64,000 bases of DNA, from NCBI GenBank assembly GCA_964615445.1, contig CAZTOK010000004.1:7436-71435 (forward strand), given 5' to 3'. Origin of the DNA: an uncultured Candidatus Saccharibacteria bacterium (GTDB lineage: Bacteria > Patescibacteriota > Saccharimonadia > Saccharimonadales > Saccharimonadaceae). The first letter of the stretch is position 1. The number at the start of each line of letters is the position of its first letter. The position numbers and the translations under genes were made by a program. Below, piece by piece: positions 10,495 through 19,179 of the stretch. The notes below the pieces were generated by a model. That model saw only the letters and a program-made list of their open reading frames with translations, had not been told where the DNA came from and made no database searches.

Positions 10495-10523
10495 ATAATA
10501 AACTATTTCTAGTAAATAAGCAA
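10495..10523 (-). promoter_or_regulatory. Sigma70-like promoter for 9566-10441 (TTGCTT-N17-TATTAT)
   Basis: The -35 is the reverse complement of 10518-10523 and the -10 is the reverse complement of 10495-10500, with a 17-nt spacer. GGAAAGGGTGA lies upstream of the GTG. Confidence 0.3.
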
Positions 10524-10525
10524 TT

Positions 10526-11347
10526 TTATTTCTTACGATATTTGCCTGTAACAGCTTTTAGAAGCACACCCATCACATGAGCATTACCTTTAATCGGACT
10601 AATCTTCGTAGGTGTTTTGCCTTTTTTTGGATAAGCACGTGTTACTGGCGTCTCAGTAGTTTTGTACTGCTTACGTCGTGAACTTTCAATAGCAAGGTGG
10701 TAGTGAAGTTCGTAGGTTTGAAATAAGTCACGAAATGGCGCTATGTCATCATTCTGTAAAAGCGCAGCACTATATGCTCGAAAACCATTCGTTGTGTCTG
10801 TGTGGCGCTTACCAGACGCAATGCTAATAAGCGGAGCGTGGATGAGATGAAGGCCAATCTCACGAGAAAGTGGCGTATTAATTGCTTTTCCACCGGGGAT
10901 AAATCGTGAACCTTGAATATGATCATATCCTTCATCAAGCTTCTTTATAAAATCAGGAATGGCCGAAATATCATCTTTGCCATTGCCATCAACAACAACT
11001 ACACCTTCGTAGCCTTCGTTCATAGCCCAAGCCAGCGCCATACGCATTTGGGCACTTAGTTTTCCTTTACCTTTTTTTATCAGCAGCGCACGGACATCTT
11101 GGCTTTTTAGAAATTCTTTTTCAAGTGAACCATCGGTACTTCCACCATCTGCAACAACAATATCAATCTGTTTTGCATACTTTTTCATTGCCCTTAGCTG
11201 TTTTTGGACTCGTTCGCCCTCGTTAATAACGAATATACAAACGCAGTATTTATGCTTTTTAGAGTTAATCTCAGTCGCTTCAAACTCCGGAAACTCCCAA
11301 GTTGGATGAGCTTTTTTTATGGTTTCTACGACAGATTGCTTTTTCAT
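10526..11347 (-). CDS. Family-2 glycosyltransferase (Dpm1/polyprenol-phosphate-sugar synthase-like, soluble)
   Basis: VCIFVINEGERV...VVADGGSTDGSL...VVVDGNGKDD shows GT2 DxD-type motifs. Confidence 0.8.
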   Translation of the reverse strand: MKKQSVVETIKKAHPTWEFPEFEATEINSKKHKYCVCIFVINEGERVQKQLRAMKKYAKQIDIVVADGGSTDGSLEKEFLKSQDVRALLIKKGKGKLSAQMRMALAWAMNEGYEGVVVVDGNGKDDISAIPDFIKKLDEGYDHIQGSRFIPGGKAINTPLSREIGLHLIHAPLISIASGKRHTDTTNGFRAYSAALLQNDDIAPFRDLFQTYELHYHLAIESSRRKQYKTTETPVTRAYPKKGKTPTKISPIKGNAHVMGVLLKAVTGKYRKK

Positions 11348-11349
11348 AC

Positions 11350-12345
11350 CTATTTCGTCACATTCCTTTTATTACTATCAGCTAACGCCACCGTACTCGT
11401 TAGCTCATCGGCAACGTAGTAGTGGGGATCTTTGTAGCTCTCAGTTAAAATTCTTCCTATGTATTCAGATAGTATCACGACTGCAATGAAAAGAAGAAAA
11501 AACATTAATGATAGTTGCAGAGAAGTAGTCGTCCAACCCTGTACAACCGTTTTGCTAAAGATATTTACCAGTAGAACATACGCTGCATATAATACATTTA
11601 TAACACCAGCAATAAAACCTAGCCATGTAACAAAGCGAAGCGGGTGAGTTGAGTAGCTAATGGCTATTTCAAGTGCTTCAAACAAGCCAGTCTTCAGTTT
11701 TTTGTTACTCCCTAGCTCCTTAAGTGGCTCATAGGGCACCACCTCGTAGGCATAGCCCACTCGTCGTGCTAAGTGACGAATGTGACGGTGACTTCTGGTT
11801 GACTGCGCAATAGAGTTAATTGCCCTTCGACTATACGAAGCAAAATACGTCGCGTTAAGTGGTATATCGATACCAATGTAGCGTCGGTTATACCAATAAA
11901 ATAGCCGGCGACCCAATTGGCCTACCTTTGAGCCCTTGATTGGCTTGGCGCTTACCCCCTGAACAACATCGTTGCTACGGTTATTTTTAATGAGTTCTGG
12001 GATCATTTCGATAGGATCAGTTGAAGGGTCGAGTGTGCAAACAAAGTCACCGATGGATACTTCGAGCCCGGCAAACAATGCAGTATCGTACTTAAAATCC
12101 TGGGCAAGGCGGATAATACGAATGCACGGTAGCTTCAAAAGCGCTTCAATAACATGATCGTTTTTTGTTTTTGTCAGGCTTCCGTCAACAATAATTACTT
12201 CGTAATTTGTATAGTGAGAAGCAAACAAAGCAATAAGCTTGCGTACATACGCAGCCAAATTTTCTGAATCGGATCGCACTGCAATTACCGCAGATACAAA
12301 TATATCCTGAATTTGCACTTCTTCTCTGTTCTTTTTCCTAGCCAT
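11350..12345 (-). CDS. Family-2 glycosyltransferase with two C-terminal TM helices (GtrB-like polyprenyl-phosphate glycosyltransferase)
   Basis: VSAVIAVRSDSENL...IIVDGSLTK followed by C-terminal TMs (FVTWLGFIAGVINVLYAAYVLLV and LSLMFFLLFIAVVILSEYIG). This is the typical GtrB/ArnC architecture. Confidence 0.8.
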   Translation of the reverse strand: MARKKNREEVQIQDIFVSAVIAVRSDSENLAAYVRKLIALFASHYTNYEVIIVDGSLTKTKNDHVIEALLKLPCIRIIRLAQDFKYDTALFAGLEVSIGDFVCTLDPSTDPIEMIPELIKNNRSNDVVQGVSAKPIKGSKVGQLGRRLFYWYNRRYIGIDIPLNATYFASYSRRAINSIAQSTRSHRHIRHLARRVGYAYEVVPYEPLKELGSNKKLKTGLFEALEIAISYSTHPLRFVTWLGFIAGVINVLYAAYVLLVNIFSKTVVQGWTTTSLQLSLMFFLLFIAVVILSEYIGRILTESYKDPHYYVADELTSTVALADSNKRNVTK

Positions 12346-13453
12346 ACAGCACCTTCAGATCCTCAAACACGTCATAGATATTATCCAACTTACCCCCCAT
12401 TATACATGTATAGTTGTGGAGACCGAAGTGAGGCTTAAACAATATAGGACGACTATCGCTGTCTTCACTTTTACGAAGCACTGTTTTCACTTCTCGAATC
12501 GTATCCATTAACTGCATATCCTTTAGCGCTGGAATGTAACGCACGACATCGGCATACATTTTTTTGTAGTTAGTGGGAAGCGAAAGCTTTGAAAAATACT
12601 CGTGCGTGTCATGCCTATGTCTTGGTGTTTCCGGTATATCGAGCCATGATTCGTGTGGCGTATACCGCACATGTGAAAGCGTATGAAGTTTACGCGACGG
12701 AAAGGGCATAATTGAAAAAAACGGACCGTCCATAACCGTGACGCTAAAATTCTTAAGCGCTTCAGGTAACTTTACCAGGCACATTTCGGTTATTTCATGT
12801 TTTAGTGGCACGAGATTAAGTTGTGAGTTTCGGTGAAGTGTATTAATTTGTGAATAGGCGCAGTTGATGACAAACGTCGCATTATACTTTGACTTACTAG
12901 TTGTAATAGTAATTTCATTGCTATCTTTTTTGATATTCTCAACGCGTTCATTTGTTTGTATCTTAATCGTTGTATTTTTGCGAATTCGTTCGAGCAAAAT
13001 ATCACGTAGCATATGCGAATCAAAGGCATACTCTTTTACCTTAAATACACCTTCAGTTAGATGTGGGGTAAACTGCTTTGCAATGTACTCTGGAGCCGCT
13101 TCAATATCAACACCAATTTTATGGCATACTTCAACAAATTGTCGCGCGTTCACTTTCGATAAGCTGCGTGAAATCGCATAGTATTTATCAAAATCATTTA
13201 CTATCGCCTGGCCATAATCACTCACAAAGCGAGGAAAGTTCACAGCCGATCGGTAGGCCGTAAGAATACTACGTGGATAGTGATATCCGTTGTGAACGCG
13301 TGCCTGGTTGACATACGATGCACGGGACATAAGTTCTTTTTCTTTTTCAATAATTAAAATATCTTTTACGCCCATTTCATCGCGCAAAAAGAGAGCCACC
13401 GATAATCCGTAGAACCCTCCACCAATAACAACCGTGCTATATTTTTTACTCAC
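12338..13453 (-). CDS. FAD-dependent oxidoreductase (DAO-type)
   Basis: N-terminal dinucleotide fold VVIGGGFYGLSVALFL...IIEKE. It overlaps the downstream GT2 by 8 nt, suggesting an operon. Confidence 0.7.
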   Translation of the reverse strand: MSKKYSTVVIGGGFYGLSVALFLRDEMGVKDILIIEKEKELMSRASYVNQARVHNGYHYPRSILTAYRSAVNFPRFVSDYGQAIVNDFDKYYAISRSLSKVNARQFVEVCHKIGVDIEAAPEYIAKQFTPHLTEGVFKVKEYAFDSHMLRDILLERIRKNTTIKIQTNERVENIKKDSNEITITTSKSKYNATFVINCAYSQINTLHRNSQLNLVPLKHEITEMCLVKLPEALKNFSVTVMDGPFFSIMPFPSRKLHTLSHVRYTPHESWLDIPETPRHRHDTHEYFSKLSLPTNYKKMYADVVRYIPALKDMQLMDTIREVKTVLRKSEDSDSRPILFKPHFGLHNYTCIMGGKLDNIYDVFEDLKVLYG

Positions 13454-13520
13454 TATAGTTATAGTGTATTATAATCATCAGTATACATAAAATAAAGAAC
13501 CTCTTTGAACGGATGATCAA

Positions 13521-15350
13521 ATGCTCTCATTAGCTAGCCTCAAAAAACAGCTTGTAAATCTTCTTATTTTTTTGTTCTCACTATCATTCACCTCTATAAT
13601 TGCCTCGTTCGTTCTTCACCGCGCAAGCAATCCATACAACATAACAAACGTCAGCAACCTCGCTTTTGAAGCAAACTACTTCCGCGTATTAGTATTACTG
13701 TTTATGACCATCGCTATTTTCTTTGGCCTTTTAAAATTACGGTCATATGGCGGACGGCTTTTTCGTTGCTGCATTATTATTATGGCGACGGCTGTCGTCG
13801 TAGCTAATGTACTATTGCCACTTCCCAAACAACAAATTGATATGTTTCACGATGGTGAACAGCTAGGACCGGCCCTCGAATTCAAAGAAGGAAAAGTACC
13901 GTATCAAGATCTCTTCTTCTTACACGGAGAAGGCGAAGATATCATTATGCCAAACATTGCCTTTGCTGTTTTCTCAGGTGGCAAGCCTTCGCTAAGCGCT
14001 TATCTTCTCATGTATAAAGTGATTTCCATTACTACCGTTCTTCTGCTTTTTATATTACTCGCTATCACCAGTCGCCATAAGCTCACCTTTCTCCTAGGAG
14101 TACTCTGGCTTTCAGGAAGCATCTTCCTATATAACGGTCTTAGTAGTGGCAAGTACATATTTATGTATGTGACAATGCTCCTTTTCTACCTTTACCTACA
14201 AAAGGCCATGCGCCTACGCTGGCAGTTCCTTACGTTAGGTCTTATTGGTGTCATATCTTCTCTCGCCCTTCTTTACTCTATTGAAATGGGCGTCCTACTC
14301 CTTGCCGTTACTTTCGTTGCTATGATTGGCCTCCTTTTTGTAAAGCGATCGGCAGTCACCATATTTATTGTTACGCTTCCGAAGCAACTCCAGGCTGCAT
14401 ATGCTAGCTTTGCTTTGCTTGCAGGTATCATTATTGGACAACTTATAAGTCTCGCTATCTTAGGAATACATAATTATCAGACATTTTTTCAAACAACATT
14501 TGTTGATATTCCCAAGTACCAGGAGCAGCTATTTAATTACAGCCTTCCTCAGTTTGATGGCAGTATGTACTCGGTAGGAACATGGCTTCCACTACTCCTT
14601 CTGCCTCTTGTTGCGCTACTTGCTGGCGTACTCTTGTCGCAGGCATTTAAGCAAAGAAAGTTTGAAAGCCAACTTTTGTTTGCCACTCTTTTTCTCATTG
14701 CCGGCATTGGTGCGCTGCGCTTTGGCGTGAATCGTCCCGACTTTTTCCATGTTGCCACCGAAGCGATTCCCCTCTTTATTTCGGGCTTTTTGTTGATTGA
14801 GCTTTTTGTTGAAAAAGCAGTGCAAAAACAAAAAAAATATAACGACATTAAGCAGTTTACATGGGCGCCGATATTATTTATCGCGCTTCTTCTATGGCCT
14901 CAGTCTACCTGGAACATCGGCACTATGCTTGTTACACAGGAATCGTCCAGACAACAGCTCTCTGAGCTAATGCATCTTCCATCCAAACCAGATACGAGCT
15001 GGCTAACATCTGAAGAAAAAGATGTTACATCGTTCATAAAAGATAATTCAACCAGTAGTGACAAGCTATTTGTATTTACTGCGCAGCCGCTTTACTATTA
15101 CCTTACTAACCGTCAGAATCCAAGCAGATTCTTCATTACATGGTTTGCCGACCCGCAACAATACACAAATGAACTACTAGCTTCTCTTAAGAAGAATCCG
15201 CCAAAATATATTATTTATAGCAGCAACACGCAGTACGATACGATTGACGGTATCAAGATACAAGATCGTGTTCCTGAAGTAGACGCGTGGATTAAAGCTA
15301 ATTACTCTGTTCATATTCAAAAAGACAATACACTCATACTAAGTAGATGA
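13521..15350 (+). CDS. Large polytopic membrane protein with a C-terminal soluble domain (GT-C-like by architecture)
   Basis: 609 aa with at least 10 hydrophobic helices followed by a ~150-aa hydrophilic tail. ATGA overlap with the next gene. No motif identified. Confidence 0.55.
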   Translation: MLSLASLKKQLVNLLIFLFSLSFTSIIASFVLHRASNPYNITNVSNLAFEANYFRVLVLLFMTIAIFFGLLKLRSYGGRLFRCCIIIMATAVVVANVLLPLPKQQIDMFHDGEQLGPALEFKEGKVPYQDLFFLHGEGEDIIMPNIAFAVFSGGKPSLSAYLLMYKVISITTVLLLFILLAITSRHKLTFLLGVLWLSGSIFLYNGLSSGKYIFMYVTMLLFYLYLQKAMRLRWQFLTLGLIGVISSLALLYSIEMGVLLLAVTFVAMIGLLFVKRSAVTIFIVTLPKQLQAAYASFALLAGIIIGQLISLAILGIHNYQTFFQTTFVDIPKYQEQLFNYSLPQFDGSMYSVGTWLPLLLLPLVALLAGVLLSQAFKQRKFESQLLFATLFLIAGIGALRFGVNRPDFFHVATEAIPLFISGFLLIELFVEKAVQKQKKYNDIKQFTWAPILFIALLLWPQSTWNIGTMLVTQESSRQQLSELMHLPSKPDTSWLTSEEKDVTSFIKDNSTSSDKLFVFTAQPLYYYLTNRQNPSRFFITWFADPQQYTNELLASLKKNPPKYIIYSSNTQYDTIDGIKIQDRVPEVDAWIKANYSVHIQKDNTLILSR

Positions 15351-16813
15351 AACTAACATACAAGGCACTACAGTACCAGATCTTCCAGCTCCCATCACGA
15401 GCTAAATTACTATACAAAACCTCTCCGCTACAAGCAAAACTATTTCTTATTTTTGGTACCGTTTTTGGATTACTATTCGTCTTTATTAACCCACCAATGC
15501 AGACGGCCGACGAACCACAGCATTATTGGCGTGCATACCAAGTTGCGCACCTTCATTTGCGTGCAGACCAGCTTCCAGGTGGCCGCTTTGGCATGAACGT
15601 TCCGCATGATGTAGCTGGTATTGCAGAGGACAATACAAGTGGCAGAGCACCCTATGCCCGTGCAGACATAAGCAACATAAAAAAATATTTCCAAACTCAG
15701 CCTAGAGCCCCATTCCAACCGGTCTACTTTGAAAACACCGCCATCTATCCACCTACTGCGTATATTCCTCAGGCTATTGGCATAAAAACAGGAGAGGTAC
15801 TCCACCTTCCTCTGATGTATGGTTTTTATTTGGGGCGTTTATGTAACCTTATAGTTTGGCTGTTGCTCGTCTTTTTCGCCCTCCGTTTGGTGCCATTTGC
15901 TCGCTGGACATTTACGGCAGTCGCCCTTCTTCCCACCGTTGTCTATCAAGCAGCTTCACTTTCGGCCGATGCAACTATAATTGGACTGTCCTTTTTTGTC
16001 ATTGCCCTCTTTTTACACCTGATTACCAAAAAGGTTATTACCACCTCACATATCGTTACAACTGGTATTGCACTTGCTATCCTTGGCATGTCAAAACAGG
16101 TATATGTTCTTTTGCTCATTCCGTTTTTATTCATTCCATGGAGGTCATTCCAAAATAAAAAAAGGAAACTACTATTCCTTGGCTGTCTTGCACTTGCAGT
16201 CGCTCTCTGTACGCTCTTATGGAACCTTTCGGTAGTCAATATTGCCAGTATTATCCACGTCACCTATCGGCCCGATCAAATCATTGTACCTGCGGCACAA
16301 CTTTCATCTATCCTGCATAATCCTTTAGGATTCCTAGGGCTTATAGGCTCAACGTTATTCTTTAGCAGCTTCTGGCCGCTTGTAAACGGATTTATTGGCA
16401 TTACTGGCTGGCTTGATATTTCACTACCAGGGTATTGTTACTACCTTGCCGTTATCTTAATACTCCTTGCTGTTCTAAAAGATAGCGGGCAAATGCCTCG
16501 CTTAGCCCTCACACTTAAGGCGCTTCGTTTTATCCTTTTAGGAACAGGCTTAGCACTTGTTATTCTCTTATGTTCACTCCTTTATATTGGCTATACTTCT
16601 CCCACCGATACATTCATTAACGGTCTTCAGGGAAGATACTTTATTCCTATTGCGCTTGTACTACTTCCACTTGCTGTAAGCCAGCATGTACAGCTGAAGA
16701 TATTTGAAAAACGATTCGTCATTCTTGTATGTAGTATTTTTGTTGTCATATTAGGCACAACAGTTTTCTGTCTCTTGGACGCTAATTATTTCCGTCTTAT
16801 CTATCCTATATAG
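15347..16813 (+). CDS. DUF2142-like polytopic membrane protein (glycan-locus transferase candidate)
   Basis: The early-loop motif PPMQTADEPQHYWRAYQV matches the D-E-x-x-H signature I recall for DUF2142 proteins of rhamnan loci. About 11 TM segments. Confidence 0.65.
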   Translation: MKLTYKALQYQIFQLPSRAKLLYKTSPLQAKLFLIFGTVFGLLFVFINPPMQTADEPQHYWRAYQVAHLHLRADQLPGGRFGMNVPHDVAGIAEDNTSGRAPYARADISNIKKYFQTQPRAPFQPVYFENTAIYPPTAYIPQAIGIKTGEVLHLPLMYGFYLGRLCNLIVWLLLVFFALRLVPFARWTFTAVALLPTVVYQAASLSADATIIGLSFFVIALFLHLITKKVITTSHIVTTGIALAILGMSKQVYVLLLIPFLFIPWRSFQNKKRKLLFLGCLALAVALCTLLWNLSVVNIASIIHVTYRPDQIIVPAAQLSSILHNPLGFLGLIGSTLFFSSFWPLVNGFIGITGWLDISLPGYCYYLAVILILLAVLKDSGQMPRLALTLKALRFILLGTGLALVILLCSLLYIGYTSPTDTFINGLQGRYFIPIALVLLPLAVSQHVQLKIFEKRFVILVCSIFVVILGTTVFCLLDANYFRLIYPI

Positions 16814-16895
16814 CGTTTGCGCTTATTTTTTACATAAGCGCGTTATGATATACTAATATTAGAAAGCGTTTAATAAATAAACAAGATTTTAACCT

Positions 16896-17438
16896 ATGAA
16901 AATAACACCACGTAAAGGAATATCAAAAAGAACTTGGCTCATTATTATAGCCGCTCTAGCTTTAGTGGTAATAGGCGGAGCTGTCTATGCATGGTACAGT
17001 CGCAGCAAGCCTTCTGAGAGCACCTCAAACGTTAACACTAATCCTCCTACCCAAGAAGAAAAAGATGCTGGTAACGCAGCTAAAAAAGACACAGTAGACA
17101 CCCCTCCAGCGCAAACAACTCCACCGCCAAGATCGGGTAGTGGCAAAACAAACGTTGCTGTTACTATTAGCGCCGCTACTCAAACAGATACTACCGTGCA
17201 AATACGCGGACTTATCTCGACCGTTGTCGATTCAACCGGTAATTGCACGCTCACTCTTACAAAGGGGGCAAGCACTGTCACAAAAACAGCAGGCACTCAA
17301 GCTCTTGCTAATTCTACTACTTGTCAAGGCTTTAATATTGACACAAGCGAACTATCCGCGGGAGATTGGCAGATTACTCTAAAATACGAATCTAATACGC
17401 TTTCCGGTACAGCAACAGGAACCGTTACTGTGAGGTAA
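16896..17438 (+). CDS. Membrane-anchored/secreted protein with an Ig-like beta-rich C-domain
   Basis: N-terminal TM (WLIIIAALALVVIGGAVYAW), a T/P-rich linker and a C-domain with two Cys. No family recognised. Confidence 0.5.
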   Translation: MKITPRKGISKRTWLIIIAALALVVIGGAVYAWYSRSKPSESTSNVNTNPPTQEEKDAGNAAKKDTVDTPPAQTTPPPRSGSGKTNVAVTISAATQTDTTVQIRGLISTVVDSTGNCTLTLTKGASTVTKTAGTQALANSTTCQGFNIDTSELSAGDWQITLKYESNTLSGTATGTVTVR

Positions 17439-17441
17439 GCT

Positions 17442-19160
17442 ATGAATAAGAGAGTACTTGTCGCTGCACTGTATACATTGTCGCTTCTTATTGGTCTCGC
17501 CTATCCTTTTCAGGCAAGTCAAATAGCAAATGCCGCACCAGTTACTGGATTTAACCCCGGTAACATTATTGATGATGCAGTATTTACCAAAAATAACGCT
17601 ATGAATGTAACGGAAATTCAAAATTTCCTTAATAGCAAAGTACCGAGCTGCGACACCCAGGGAACACAGCCTTCGGAATATGGTGGTGGCACCCGTGCTC
17701 AGTGGGCCGCTAATGCATCACTTCACCCGAACATAGGAGCATTCTACCCTCCTTTTACTTGCCTAAAAGACTACAGCGAAAACGGACAAACAGCTGCTCA
17801 GATTATTTATAATATTGCCCAGCAGTACAAAATAAATCCTCAAGTATTTATCGTATTACTTCAAAAAGAACAGGGACTCGTTACTGATACATGGCCACTC
17901 AGTAACCAATATCAAAAAGCTACAGGCTATGGGTGCCCCGATAATTCAGTTTGTGACAGTCAATACTTTGGTTTGACCAACCAGTTAAATCAATCGGGCC
18001 GCATGTTTCGCGCTATCTTTAATAATAGCCCTAATTGGTATTCGCCGTACGTCATTGGCACTAATAATATTCTCTGGAACCCGGTTACGAGCTGCGGAAG
18101 CAGTAGCGTGGGTATAGAAAACCACTCAACACAGGCGCTTTACGACTACACTCCATACAGGCCCAATCAAGCAGCCTTAAACGCCGGGTACGGAACGGGC
18201 GACAGTTGTAGCTCCTATGGAAATAGAAACTTCTATCTCTACTTCACGGACTGGTTTGGGAGCATACGCTACACCTTTGGCCCGCAAGCCTCTAGCACTT
18301 CTCTCTATGCCAGAAGTGCCTGTACTATAGCACCTTTCAACGACACAATGATAGGACGTCTCTATAATCCTGATACTCGCGATTTCTTGTACACAAGGAG
18401 TTTTGCCGAAGCCTGCCAAGCGGTAAAATACGGCTATATATGGGACGATATTGTCATGAAATCAGCCACCGGGCCCGATGCGATACCTATTTATAGGCTC
18501 GCCAATTACGAACGGCATATTTTTACCTCCGACATCAATGCCAAAAACACTGCATTGAATGAGGGGTATAAAGACGAAGGAATAGGCTTTTATGCCTATA
18601 GTACGTCTGCAACAGGCAGAACGCCCGTATATGGCCTACAGTCTGCGGATACGTTCTTTATTACGAGTTCAGGCAAAGAAGCAGAAACCTACAATCAAAC
18701 GTATAACTATTATCTTTATGGCACCGTTTTCTATACCGATAGCCTCACTAATGCAACCGCAACCGTTAACCGATTCGTGCGCAACAATCAGCGAATCTAT
18801 ACTCCAAGTCAAACAGAGGGTGACAATGCCCTGCGTTACGGATTTGCAGCCGAAGGCTCTGTTTCTACTAACGATCTCGCGCCAAACGCTGGCGATCTTC
18901 CCATTTTCCGCATTCGGACTCCCGACGGCACCTATCTTTACACCATGAGTAGACTTGAACGAGATATCGCTGTTATTTACTACAACTGCACCGCCGAAGG
19001 CATCCCTTTCTATAGCCTTGCATGGTCAAATACGCCCGTATATCGGGCTTCTAATCCATATAATGGCTTCCGTATTTATGCAAGCAATATGACTGAATAT
19101 AATGACGCTACCTCGCACTACTCATACGTTGGCGACGGCATCGGTTGGTATGGTTACTAA
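17442..19160 (+). CDS. Secreted protein: conserved N-domain plus four DUF5648-like repeats
   Basis: Signal peptide ending ANA/AP. Repeats are IPIYRLANYERHIFTSD...GYKDEGIGFYAY, TPVYGLQSADTFFITSS, LPIFRIRTPDGTYLYTM...AEGIPFYSL and PVYRASNPYNGFRIYAS...YVGDGIGWYGY. Confidence 0.6.
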   Translation: MNKRVLVAALYTLSLLIGLAYPFQASQIANAAPVTGFNPGNIIDDAVFTKNNAMNVTEIQNFLNSKVPSCDTQGTQPSEYGGGTRAQWAANASLHPNIGAFYPPFTCLKDYSENGQTAAQIIYNIAQQYKINPQVFIVLLQKEQGLVTDTWPLSNQYQKATGYGCPDNSVCDSQYFGLTNQLNQSGRMFRAIFNNSPNWYSPYVIGTNNILWNPVTSCGSSSVGIENHSTQALYDYTPYRPNQAALNAGYGTGDSCSSYGNRNFYLYFTDWFGSIRYTFGPQASSTSLYARSACTIAPFNDTMIGRLYNPDTRDFLYTRSFAEACQAVKYGYIWDDIVMKSATGPDAIPIYRLANYERHIFTSDINAKNTALNEGYKDEGIGFYAYSTSATGRTPVYGLQSADTFFITSSGKEAETYNQTYNYYLYGTVFYTDSLTNATATVNRFVRNNQRIYTPSQTEGDNALRYGFAAEGSVSTNDLAPNAGDLPIFRIRTPDGTYLYTMSRLERDIAVIYYNCTAEGIPFYSLAWSNTPVYRASNPYNGFRIYASNMTEYNDATSHYSYVGDGIGWYGY

Positions 19161-19179
19161 GAATAATACTAAAACTACA

